From the NCBI GenBank assembly GCA_903893925.1, contig CAITOC010000012.1, positions 1-59,012 of the forward strand: a stretch of 59,012 nt of DNA, in the 5' to 3' direction. Position 1 is the stretch's first letter, and each line of letters opens with the position of its first letter. The notes beneath the pieces were generated by a model, which was given only the letters and a program-made list of their open reading frames with translations, ran no database searches and was not told the DNA's origin. Both the position numbers and the translations under genes were made by a program. Source of the stretch: Candidatus Moraniibacteriota bacterium (GTDB taxonomy: Bacteria; Patescibacteriota; Minisyncoccia; Moranbacterales; UBA1568). This document shows, one piece after another, positions 7,862-16,186 of this stretch.

Positions 7862-9757
7862 TCATTTCCGAAACCGCTCTCCCAAAAGTCGCATCGAGTT
7901 TGCAAGCGGGAGGAAGTCGGTAAGGAAATTGTATGCCGCAGCACCTTCCGGTCCGATCAGTCGTCCGAAGACAAGCGCGAGTCCGATCACATTCACCGTC
8001 CCCCAGATGATGAAATCCTGACGCGCTATCTTCGCCACGTCGTGACCGATCCCGATCGCCTCGGGAATCTTGGAGAAGTCATCTTGCATGAGCGCCACGT
8101 CCGCCGCCTCGATAGCCGCATCCGATCCGATGACGCCCATCGCGATACCGACATCGGCAAGCGTGAGCGCCGCCGCATCGTTCACGCCGTCACCGACCAT
8201 CGCGACCTTGCCATGATCTCGGGCGATATACGCCTTCAGGTGCTCCAACTTGTCCTCAGGGAGAAGGTTCGCATGATAAACATTGATACCGACGGCGTGC
8301 GCCACGCTTTTTGCCACCTTCTCGTTGTCACCGGTCAGCATCACGATATCCCGGACACCGAGCTCCCGCAGCCTCGCGATCGACGCCTTCGCTTCGGGAC
8401 GAATCTCGTCTTGCAAAATAATCGCTCCGACGAGCCGTCCATCATACGAGACCGGCAAGACGCTTCCTATGCCGTCTTTGGCGACTGCGACGATCCGTTG
8501 CTGTTCGACATCGGAAATACTGACTCCCTCCGCCACGAGAAACGGGAGTTTGCCACAAACGATACGCTTCCCTTGAAAAGTCGCATACGTCCCCTTCCCG
8601 GATTGTTCTCCCACATCGGATATCCCGCCAGGAGCGATGTTCTGTTCCTTCGCATATCGCATGACCGCACGCGCCACCGGATGAGTGGAGACGGCACTCG
8701 AACCGGCGGCAAGCGCGATGATATCGTGCTCCGTCCGTCCGTCGAATACCGCTACCTCGACGACACGGAGCTTGCCACGGGTGAGTGTGCCGGTCTTGTC
8801 GACGATCACCGTCCGGACCTGCGTAAGTCCTTCAAGGAACGATCCGCCCTTCACGATGATTCCCTCCTTGGCGGCATTACCGATCGCCACGAGAAATGCC
8901 ATCGGGAGCGCGACCGCGATATCGTCGGCGCAGGTAACGAGAAGCACGGACAAGACGAGATTGAGGTCGCGCGTGAACGCATAGAGAAGAGCCGTTCCGA
9001 CAAACGAAACGGCGATATACCATCCGGCGAACCGATCCGCCACAGTCTGCACGCCAGCTTTCCGATCCTGCGATTCCTCGACGAGACGGATGACCTTCTC
9101 AAACGAAGTGTCCTTGCCGACCTTCTCGGCACGCACGACGAACGATCCGGACACCGCCAAAGTCGAACTCAACATCATATCGCCGACACGCTTGTCGACC
9201 GGGAGCGATTCCCCTGTCAAAGACGACTGGTCCACCTGTCCCTCACCCTCGATGACCACTCCGTCGATCGGGATCCGTTCCCCATCGCCGATGACGATCA
9301 GATCATCCTTTCGTACCGCCGAGACCGATTCCTCGACGACAAGATCGCCACGCTTGACCCGAACCGTCTCGGGCCGGAGCTTCATCAGACTTCGGATAGC
9401 ATTGCTCGCACGGTTCTCGGTATATGCGTCGAAGATGCGTGCCGAAGCAAGCATAAGCCCGATAAACGCTGCCGACGCCCATTCACGATTAAGAAGTGAC
9501 ACGACGAGCGCCACGCTTGCGAGTAAATCGACCGTGATCCGCTTCTCGCGCAGTGCTACGATCGCACTCCGAAGCACGGGCACCGTCGCGATGCCTGCGA
9601 GGACGCCAAGAACGAGGTCCCCGGTCGAAGAGGAGACGATGTGGAGATAGTGCGAAACGAGTGCGAGTGCGAGCACGGCAAAAAGCGGTTTGTCGAAACC
9701 GACGGACCGAACCCGTTTCAAAAAAGACCCTGTTTCCATGCCCTCAGTATAGTACAA
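7862..9757 (-). CDS. P-type ATPase, P1B-like architecture, atypical transmembrane metal motif
   Basis: TGES, DKTGTLT and GDGVNDAAAL are present. No N-terminal metal-binding domain is seen, and the position of the usual CPC motif reads TCADD. Confidence 0.8.
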   Translation of the reverse strand: MYYTEGMETGSFLKRVRSVGFDKPLFAVLALALVSHYLHIVSSSTGDLVLGVLAGIATVPVLRSAIVALREKRITVDLLASVALVVSLLNREWASAAFIGLMLASARIFDAYTENRASNAIRSLMKLRPETVRVKRGDLVVEESVSAVRKDDLIVIGDGERIPIDGVVIEGEGQVDQSSLTGESLPVDKRVGDMMLSSTLAVSGSFVVRAEKVGKDTSFEKVIRLVEESQDRKAGVQTVADRFAGWYIAVSFVGTALLYAFTRDLNLVLSVLLVTCADDIAVALPMAFLVAIGNAAKEGIIVKGGSFLEGLTQVRTVIVDKTGTLTRGKLRVVEVAVFDGRTEHDIIALAAGSSAVSTHPVARAVMRYAKEQNIAPGGISDVGEQSGKGTYATFQGKRIVCGKLPFLVAEGVSISDVEQQRIVAVAKDGIGSVLPVSYDGRLVGAIILQDEIRPEAKASIARLRELGVRDIVMLTGDNEKVAKSVAHAVGINVYHANLLPEDKLEHLKAYIARDHGKVAMVGDGVNDAAALTLADVGIAMGVIGSDAAIEAADVALMQDDFSKIPEAIGIGHDVAKIARQDFIIWGTVNVIGLALVFGRLIGPEGAAAYNFLTDFLPLANSMRLLGERFRK

Positions 9758-9832
9758 AATCGCCGATTCGTCCCACTTGACAACGCCGACAAAAGACTGT
9801 TCTCCAACCCGACGGAAGCCTATACTGAAAGC

Positions 9833-11065
9833 ATGAACTACGAAACACCGTCAGAGAGCGGGGTGTTGGAAAAGCACAAACCAAAAGAACTCCCGACACA
9901 GATCGTCGAGTACGGTTTCCACAATGTCTCGATGCTTCTTGGACGGTTCAAAAATGCGCCGGAGGATCTCGAACGGATTCTCAACGATCCGAAAATGTTT
10001 TTTGATTTTCTCGCGGAAGCAGACCACGGATACGGGCAAGAACATCCCGACGAACAACGGACCACTCAGGAACGACTACGCCTCACGGATACTGCACTCC
10101 GTGAATCAAGCATCACGGGTCAAGGCACGTCGAACCTGTTCCGCATTCTCGACGAAGAACACGCGATCAATCTTCCGAAACGGCTCATCGGTCGGATCGG
10201 CCTCCGGGAGATGCGACAGGTTCCCATACTCGACACGATTTCCGGGATGCGTTACCTCGGTATACCGGTCAATCACGATCAGCCTGCTCCGGTCGAAGCG
10301 TTCCGAAAAGGAGCGATGATCCAAGCTGTCGGTGGCGCGGTCAAAGGAATCTTCCCGGAAATCTATCACTACACCGAAGAGCGCGGAGCCAAAGATATCG
10401 AGACCAATCGGCCGATCCCTGGTTTGGAGAACGAAATAATCGCCATGCGTGCGATCATGGAGGTGCTCAACGGACCCTCCATAGCGCAAATCGTCGACTG
10501 CGACGGCATATTCTGGAAGCGACGTTACTCCGCCCGAAAGCCCGAAGAAATCATGGATTTCCTGCGAAGCAACGAGTATCGGGAGTACATCCGGTATAGT
10601 GTCGAGCGCTCAGCTGAACGCTGGCCCGGACTCCTCGACATCGACTGGGACCATCTTGGTGATGTCTTCGAATCCAAGATGCGATTCATGAACAGTCTTT
10701 GTGGCGGCGTATCGATGCTTCACCGCGATCTCCATTTCGGCAACAGTGCGCTGCTCTTCAAAGACCGGGAAGGCCATACTCCGGATTCGCGGCTCATTGG
10801 TATGATGGATTTCGACCTTTCCGCCTTCTCGACGGTTCAGGACTTCGGAGATCACCTCGGCGACTATCTCAACGAGGGAAAATCTACCTCACTCGGCGAA
10901 CAGCATTTCATGCCCGATCATCTGTCCGGAGACCGGACACCTCTCAAGAAAATAATCCGGATGGATGCCTCTGCTCATCATCGTCTCATGTTTTCGATCA
11001 TCGGCGATATCGTCCGGGATATTCGGAAAATGAAATCGACGAACCGCATGCGGATGCGGGCCTGA
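9833..11065 (+). CDS. Kinase-fold protein (APH/choline-kinase-like phosphotransferase)
   Basis: Catalytic-loop-like LHRDLHFGN and MMDFD (DFD) are present. Start moved to the ATG at 9833 so it does not overlap the divergent ATPase gene. Confidence 0.5.
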   Translation: MNYETPSESGVLEKHKPKELPTQIVEYGFHNVSMLLGRFKNAPEDLERILNDPKMFFDFLAEADHGYGQEHPDEQRTTQERLRLTDTALRESSITGQGTSNLFRILDEEHAINLPKRLIGRIGLREMRQVPILDTISGMRYLGIPVNHDQPAPVEAFRKGAMIQAVGGAVKGIFPEIYHYTEERGAKDIETNRPIPGLENEIIAMRAIMEVLNGPSIAQIVDCDGIFWKRRYSARKPEEIMDFLRSNEYREYIRYSVERSAERWPGLLDIDWDHLGDVFESKMRFMNSLCGGVSMLHRDLHFGNSALLFKDREGHTPDSRLIGMMDFDLSAFSTVQDFGDHLGDYLNEGKSTSLGEQHFMPDHLSGDRTPLKKIIRMDASAHHRLMFSIIGDIVRDIRKMKSTNRMRMRA

Positions 11066-11103
11066 TTCCGCACCAAACGACGAAAGTGATACCGTACCAT
11101 TCA

Positions 11104-11973
11104 TCAGAATACCGATACCGCAACCGCACCGACGATCGCGAGCGCCATACCCGCATACTGCCGGAGCGAGAGCTTCTCCCCGAAGGCGAAATGCTCGTAC
11201 GCCGCCGAGACGACCGGGTTGGTCATATTGAGGATCGCGACAATCGCGACGGCGGACGTCGTCAGACCGAAATCGTATGCGACCACGCCGATGACGCCAA
11301 ACACACCGACCAAGGCGATCGGAATGTGGAAATCCTTCGTGAGCGCAAACGACTCCCGTTTCGACCGAAGCCGAAGCGCGGCGAACGACAAGATGACGGT
11401 CTCGACGATGAACGAGGTCGGGACCGGACCGATCAACCCGATCGGATATCGGAAAAGAAACATCACCACACCCCACCCGAGACACGCGGCCACTGCGAAC
11501 GGGATCCCGCTCTCATGCCGGAGCAAAGCCGAGTTCTTCCAATCACTGAAATTGACCGAGAGCAGGATTACGCCGGACAGCACCAAGAAGAGTCCATAGA
11601 TGCGATACGCGCCGAACGGCTCGCCGAGGATGAACACCGCGAGCATCGCCGTGATGACCGCCGACGAATTCGAGATCGGTGAGACTACGCCGACCCGTCC
11701 GTGCGATATCGCCCGGAAGAAAAAGTATATCGGCAGATACCCGATCATCCCGACTCCGAGCGCGAGCGCTATCCCCTGCCACGTGATCGCTTTTGAGGAA
11801 AAGAGAAAAAGAAGCGGGATATGCAGCGTCACCATCACGACCCCGCGCCAAAAAAGCGCCCGGTCGCTCCCGAGTGCCCGGACCGGTTCGCGCGCGATCA
11901 CTCCCGACAACCCGCTCCCGACCATCGCGATAAGCCCGAACAGTATGGCGTATTGGATTCCCATAGAAGTCAT
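11104..11973 (-). CDS. EamA/DMT superfamily transporter
   Basis: ~10 predicted TM helices in two similar halves and typical DMT length (289 aa). Confidence 0.7.
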   Translation of the reverse strand: MTSMGIQYAILFGLIAMVGSGLSGVIAREPVRALGSDRALFWRGVVMVTLHIPLLFLFSSKAITWQGIALALGVGMIGYLPIYFFFRAISHGRVGVVSPISNSSAVITAMLAVFILGEPFGAYRIYGLFLVLSGVILLSVNFSDWKNSALLRHESGIPFAVAACLGWGVVMFLFRYPIGLIGPVPTSFIVETVILSFAALRLRSKRESFALTKDFHIPIALVGVFGVIGVVAYDFGLTTSAVAIVAILNMTNPVVSAAYEHFAFGEKLSLRQYAGMALAIVGAVAVSVF

Positions 11974-11989
11974 TTATGAACTCATACCG

Positions 11990-12081
11990 AACTTGATGTG
12001 ATATATTGCTACCGGAGGAGTTCGCCCCGCGAATGCCGGGGCGAACTCTTGAACGTAACGGAGGTTCAGGTAATTTAGTAT
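11990..12081 (+). repeat. Family-1 REP/MITE-like repeat, copy 1
   Basis: ~92 nt, near-identical to 14775..14868 and to the reverse complement of 47573..47666. The core hairpin is GAGTTCGCCCCG-N7-CGGGGCGAACTC (12018..12048). Confidence 0.85.
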
Positions 12082-12164
12082 CAGCTCATCCGACCTTTCT
12101 CCTCCGCCTACTCCCCTTTCCGAGGGGAGCTCCCCGCCTTGCAAGGTGAGGGGTTGGAGTATTC

Positions 12165-12683
12165 TCACTTCTTCTTTTGCCGTTCCTCCAAGATATCATA
12201 AAACGGGTCGGCCTTCATGATCGTATCGCCGACATCCGCCAGCGCATATTGATGGATGAAGAGCGAAAACCCGAATGTCGGCAAATTCCGATTGAGGAAA
12301 TACATCCGTCCGATCGAAACCTGATTCACCGTGAACATCCCCGAATTCACCAGGATCGATTTCAAAACTCTATTTTGGGTGTGACACCAGAGAAAACAAT
12401 CCCTATTCAAATATGGCTCAGTTGAAAAATCCCCTATCAGAAGAAGCGTCGAAAGATTATTCCGGTTCCATATTTTCTTCTCGCTCGCATGATGCTCACG
12501 CAGATATGCGAACACGTTTTCAAGCGTCTCCCGTTTATCCTTGCCACGAAGCTCCATCGCAAGTGCCACAATCGCCGGATACCGTTCGACCTTCCCGGGC
12601 AGCATATAGTTCGGATACAGCACGAACGGCAACACCTTCAGGAGAAGGATGTATAAAATAAGAAGGGAGATAAAAATACTCAT
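12165..12683 (-). CDS. Membrane-anchored protein with possible transglutaminase-like Cys-His-Asp core
   Basis: N-terminal TM helix. The pattern C (FLWCHTQNRVLKSIL), then H (FIHQYA), then D (KADP) resembles the papain/transglutaminase fold. This is a weak call. Confidence 0.35.
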   Translation of the reverse strand: MSIFISLLILYILLLKVLPFVLYPNYMLPGKVERYPAIVALAMELRGKDKRETLENVFAYLREHHASEKKIWNRNNLSTLLLIGDFSTEPYLNRDCFLWCHTQNRVLKSILVNSGMFTVNQVSIGRMYFLNRNLPTFGFSLFIHQYALADVGDTIMKADPFYDILEERQKKK

Positions 12684-12790
12684 GTATTTGATAACAATAT
12701 CTGTCTTTCCCCGTATATCCCATGAACCGGATCATGCCGAACCCCACCGATTTTCTCGCTGACACTCTTCATTTTACCGTATCTCTTTCC

Positions 12791-12820
12791 GTACTACCAT
12801 ATTACGTAATATGGTAGTAC
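12791..12820. promoter_or_regulatory. Perfect 30-bp palindrome (candidate operator)
   Basis: GTACTACCATATTAC immediately followed by GTAATATGGTAGTAC, with no T-run. It lies ~110-135 nt upstream of the CDS starting at 12683. Confidence 0.4.
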
Positions 12821-12863
12821 GCTCGTGGTTCATCAGTTAAATATCACAATAAACTATTTTCAC

Positions 12864-12894
12864 AAAAAAAAGAAGGCTTATTAAGGCCTTCTTT
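12864..12894 (-). terminator. Terminator module (AAAGAAGGC-loop-GCCTTCTTT family)
   Basis: 9-bp stem plus T8 on the minus strand, downstream of the CDS ending at 12975. The same module recurs at 13671, 14932 and 16107. Confidence 0.7.
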
Positions 12895-12974
12895 ATACTG
12901 AATATCCGATTTCGGATCAAACCGGTCGGAAAGGCGGATATTCATCCGCCTCACCGCCAGACAAAGAACACGAG

Positions 12975-13562
12975 TCAGCGATTCACCACGATCAGGCGAG
13001 CATTTTTCGGTAGCGACGATTCATACGGTTCTTCGAACCGCCTGAGAAGCGTCGTGTCGCCTGGACATCCATCCATATATGGAGGTACGGCTCCGCGATT
13101 TTCGCATGTACACACGCCCGTCGCCTCACATTTCGACGCAGTGAAATCCCGCGGCTTCGCATCGAACGGCTCAATGCCCTGTATGCGACACCTGACCTTG
13201 CGACTGCACTTGGCAAGGAATTCGTCCACCATCCCGTCGAGCAGTCTCTTGATTTCCTCCGCCTTCATGATGCAGCAGTGCATAGCGAGGACGAGCCGCA
13301 ATTCACGTTCGCGTGTTCCGATCTTGTCATACAGGTCCCGGTTCGGAAGCGCGTCACGGAGATAGAAGTGGAATCGTGTTTCCACCATCCGAAACGCCTC
13401 GTACCACATCTCGTACCGATTGCAAAAAATCAAGATCCACGACTTGAATTCATCGGGATGCATCGCCTGTCCGAGAAATGCCAAGGCCTCATCCGTGGTC
13501 TGGACACCGCTAAAGGGTAGAGCATCAACTCCTCCTTGAAAAACGCTGATCGGTTTTTTCAT
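12975..13562 (-). CDS. Hypothetical protein, paralogue of 15364..15972
   Basis: Shared blocks with the paralogue: LRLVLAMHCCIM vs LRYAMRCCIV, and the C-terminal GVCTCENRGAVPPYMDGCPGD vs GICFCEKCKAPPFVGGCSKD. Start at Met27 is uncertain (alternative 13640). Confidence 0.55.
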   Translation of the reverse strand: MKKPISVFQGGVDALPFSGVQTTDEALAFLGQAMHPDEFKSWILIFCNRYEMWYEAFRMVETRFHFYLRDALPNRDLYDKIGTRERELRLVLAMHCCIMKAEEIKRLLDGMVDEFLAKCSRKVRCRIQGIEPFDAKPRDFTASKCEATGVCTCENRGAVPPYMDGCPGDTTLLRRFEEPYESSLPKNARLIVVNR

Positions 13563-13670
13563 GTTCTCTGATTGTTTCGTTATGGGAAAGTACTCTGAAA
13601 TCGTCAGAGGTACCCTACTCCATTCTTGGAAGAGAATCAAGTCTCACGGTTGCAAATATCCGATTTCGAT

Positions 13671-13700
13671 AAAAAAAGAAAGCTTATTAAGACCTTCTTT
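13671..13700 (-). terminator. Degenerate copy of the terminator module
   Basis: aaagaaagcttattaagaccttcttt preceded by A7, downstream of the CDS ending at 13786. The stem has mismatches. Confidence 0.45.
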
Positions 13701-13785
13701 AACGTCACTTTTTGTTCAAAAAAATCCGGTCCGAACGCCTGTGCGTCGAACCGGATACTGCAACAATCATACGCAGGTCTCTGAA

Positions 13786-14607
13786 TCAAACGTGTTGATT
13801 CGTTTCGCCGGTCAGTTTCCTTTCCTGTTTGATGAACTCAAATATGAACGGAGCCCAGACCGTACTCGCCATAAGCATAGTCGCCGCGGTGACAAGTGAA
13901 ACATAATTAGGATTCGAAAGAATCGCGCTCCCCTCACCGTTGAGCGATGGAAGCAAAAAGAACGAAAACGGAACAAGCGCAACAAGCAAGACTGGTTTTG
14001 CAAACGCGCACCATGAGGCGCTTTCCATGAACGGTTTTTTCTCTGATCCGACCCGCACGATCGCCGGCGAGCAGAAGATCAACACGGCACCGGCAACCGC
14101 AAACAGGGCCGGCATGCTGAAAACGATGGACGATGTCTGATTCCAGGAAACGACCGTTCCCCATACGCCGAAAAGCGCATAGAGGAATCCGATGACGCAG
14201 AAGTCGACGATTTCCAACACCTTGTCGGAAACGGCACCGCTCGGTTTTTTCAGAAACCATGATACCGGAACCATAACCAGACTGAAAGACATAATGTTCA
14301 GACGTACGTCGGAGAAACCGACCGCACTCGAGAAGTATCCGGTAACGACAGCGAAGAGAACGAAAAATACGGCTGCACCGGCATTTAGCTTGGTCAATGG
14401 CCATCCGAGCTTTATCCTGGTGTACCATATCCGCCAGGCCGTAAACGCGAAAAGCGATGCGAGTGTCAATGGTAAAACCCAAGCCGCTGGATTGCCGGTA
14501 CGAACACTGAAAAGGGCCGCGAAACAATATATGATGATAACGAGCGGCAGCGATATCTTCAGTTCTCCATGATAAGGAAACGTGTTCGTAAGATTCGAAT
14601 GAGTCAT
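13786..14607 (-). CDS. Polytopic membrane protein, unknown function
   Basis: 273 aa with ~8 hydrophobic helices. No motif recognised. Confidence 0.55.
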   Translation of the reverse strand: MTHSNLTNTFPYHGELKISLPLVIIIYCFAALFSVRTGNPAAWVLPLTLASLFAFTAWRIWYTRIKLGWPLTKLNAGAAVFFVLFAVVTGYFSSAVGFSDVRLNIMSFSLVMVPVSWFLKKPSGAVSDKVLEIVDFCVIGFLYALFGVWGTVVSWNQTSSIVFSMPALFAVAGAVLIFCSPAIVRVGSEKKPFMESASWCAFAKPVLLVALVPFSFFLLPSLNGEGSAILSNPNYVSLVTAATMLMASTVWAPFIFEFIKQERKLTGETNQHV

Positions 14608-14774
14608 GATGAGCCACCTCCCGTGGCGTACCTATTGATTGATGGAAATGAACTACGGGGTGAGCATAACAAAAATAGCATCCGCCCACAAGGTCCCTCC
14701 AAAACGGGGGAAACAGACAGTCGACCGTCTGTTTCTTGTATCAGCACGCCTTTACTGCCATATTATACCGAAAT

Positions 14775-14868
14775 AACTTGATGTGTTATTTATTGCTACC
14801 GGAGGAGTTCGCCCCGCGAATGCCGGGGCGAACTCCTGAACGTAACAGTGATTCAGTTAATTTGGTAT
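14775..14868 (+). repeat. Family-1 REP/MITE-like repeat, copy 2
   Basis: Carries a 13-bp stem GGAGTTCGCCCCG-N7-CGGGGCGAACTCC (14804..14836). The flanks aacttgatgtg...gctaccgg and ctgaacgtaacagtgattcag are shared with the other copies. Confidence 0.85.
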
Positions 14869-14931
14869 TACGTACTATGGCAGCAGGGTTATCTCGTACG
14901 ATCGATATATCGTGCAAATCGAATTTTGATA

Positions 14932-14961
14932 AAAAAAGAAAGCTTGGACAAGCCTTCTTTA
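14932..14961 (-). terminator. Terminator module copy
   Basis: aaagaaagctt-ggac-aagccttcttt preceded by A7 on the plus strand (T7 tail on minus). Confidence 0.5.
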
Positions 14962-15052
14962 ACATCGTTTTTTGATTTCAGGAAAAACCGAAAAAAAACC
15001 ACCGAAGTCAGTGACTCCACTGCGGGGACAGAAGGAGCTTTTCAAGATAACA

Positions 15053-15217
15053 TCACTTCGCCAAGGCGCTCACCGCCAGGCCGATGTAATACGGCCACAA
15101 AACGATCGCGAGCACTCCCTGCCAGAAACCAAGATGCAGAAAACCGATCGAGAACAGCCATCCGGCAAACCAGGAGAAGGCCGTGAACCCGTGTTGTTCT
15201 ACCTTTATCTTTTCCAT
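15053..15217 (-). CDS. Small (54 aa) Trp-rich membrane protein, absent from the ORF track
   Basis: My own translation: MEKIKVEQHGFTAFSWFAGWLFSIGFLHLGFWQGVLAIVLWPYYIGLAVSALAK. It has two hydrophobic helices, a promoter-like motif upstream and no clear SD. Confidence 0.35.
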   Translation of the reverse strand: MEKIKVEQHGFTAFSWFAGWLFSIGFLHLGFWQGVLAIVLWPYYIGLAVSALAK

Positions 15218-15259
15218 ACGCGTACGGATAACGGATAACCGGAGCGATGCTCCGACATC

Positions 15260-15288
15260 ATTTTCCCACCGACTAGGACGGCTGTAAA
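15260..15288 (-). promoter_or_regulatory. TTTACA-N17-GAAAAT promoter-like motif
   Basis: Minus strand TTTACA (15283..15288), 17-nt spacer, GAAAAT (15260..15265). It lies ~40 nt upstream of the small ORF. Confidence 0.4.
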
Positions 15289-15314
15289 GAATCCGTCAAG
15301 ACTCTTCTGGAAAC

Positions 15315-15343
15315 AAAAAAGGCGAAGCTATTAATGCTTCGCC
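15315..15343 (-). terminator. Intrinsic terminator
   Basis: ggcgaagc-N7-gcttcgcc with a T6 tail on the minus strand, 20 nt after the stop at 15364. Confidence 0.7.
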
Positions 15344-15363
15344 AACCAATCATGCGTCATAAT

Positions 15364-15972
15364 TCAGTGGCACCTGCGACCGTAACTTGTTCCATAGTCG
15401 CCATCGTCACCACTCCACTGTTCCGGCAACAGGAGTCCGGTTTTATCTTTTGAACAACCGCCTACAAACGGAGGGGCTTTGCATTTTTCGCAGAAACAGA
15501 TACCGGTCTTTTCCCAGTCAGACCATCCGGCAGCCCGCCAGTTCATCATGCTGATTGCTTCCATGGCATCCGGATCCAAACCGAAACGCCTATAGCTCGC
15601 CCGTACCACAACGATACTCGGAATCTTTCTCATCTCATGACCGAGAGACCCGAGCAACCGGTCACTCGCCACGATACAACATCGCATCGCATATCTGAGA
15701 CGCGCCTGCAGCTCATACTCTCCGATCCGATCGCCGTACCGGTCAAGCAGTGCGGTGGCACCGTCATACAGCGCTTCATAAAACGAATACCGTATGCTGA
15801 CTCGAAGGAGTGCTTCATAGACGAGCGAGGCATCCCGTAGAATAGCCCTTCTTTCATAGTCATCCGCATCGTGCGGAATATATTTCCGAATCTCTTCTTT
15901 GAACAGGACAAGTGCCGAAGTAACGCGGGGCACGATCGTGCCCCTTCCGTATATGATCAATGATGAGCTCAT
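15364..15972 (-). CDS. Hypothetical protein, paralogue of 12975..13562
   Basis: Good SD (GGGAGG, 3 nt, ATG). Shares the CCI block and the C-terminal CxC...GGC block with its paralogue. Confidence 0.6.
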   Translation of the reverse strand: MSSSLIIYGRGTIVPRVTSALVLFKEEIRKYIPHDADDYERRAILRDASLVYEALLRVSIRYSFYEALYDGATALLDRYGDRIGEYELQARLRYAMRCCIVASDRLLGSLGHEMRKIPSIVVVRASYRRFGLDPDAMEAISMMNWRAAGWSDWEKTGICFCEKCKAPPFVGGCSKDKTGLLLPEQWSGDDGDYGTSYGRRCH

Positions 15973-16106
15973 ACGCCTCCCTGAAAACTGTTAAACAGCC
16001 ATGCCGACAGTGCCAACACTCTATCGCGTCCAAACCGAAAAATCAACCCTTATACCCGACCATATTCAGGAAAAACCACGTCAAACCGACAAAAATCGTT
16101 TCGATC

Positions 16107-16137
16107 AAAAAAGAAGGCTTATCAAGGCCTTCTTTTT
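16107..16137. terminator. Bidirectional terminator module copy
   Basis: aagaaggc-N8-gccttctt with A/T extensions on both sides, downstream of the kinase gene stop at 16187. Confidence 0.65.
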
Positions 16138-16186
16138 CATTCAAAACTGATTTCATACAAAAATGACGGTTCACCGCTTTTTCCGA

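Noticed and set aside
8042-9499. 485-aa plus-strand ORF inside the P-type ATPase locus
   Set aside because: It is antisense to a CDS with TGES, DKTGT and GDGVND motifs. The product is Arg/Asp/His-rich and low-complexity, so it is a shadow ORF. The same reasoning applies to 5368..6213, 10699..11682, 33112..34047, 41748..42653, 43295..43825, 44254..44940, 48056..48811, 48955..50163 and 50371..51228.
9821-9835. Leaderless mRNA for the kinase-like gene (TATACT 6 nt before the ATG)
   Set aside because: The spacing is suggestive but no acceptable -35 is present. A similar TATACT-ATG arrangement on the opposite strand for the ATPase makes chance occurrence in this short divergent region plausible, and it is not supportable without 5'-end data.
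11974-12168. 64-aa ORF (and similar ORFs at 14736..14975, 14848..15186, 21515..21874, 21473..21670)
   Set aside because: These are translations of dispersed repeats or hairpin clusters. They have no start-site signals, and homologous copies are read in different frames.
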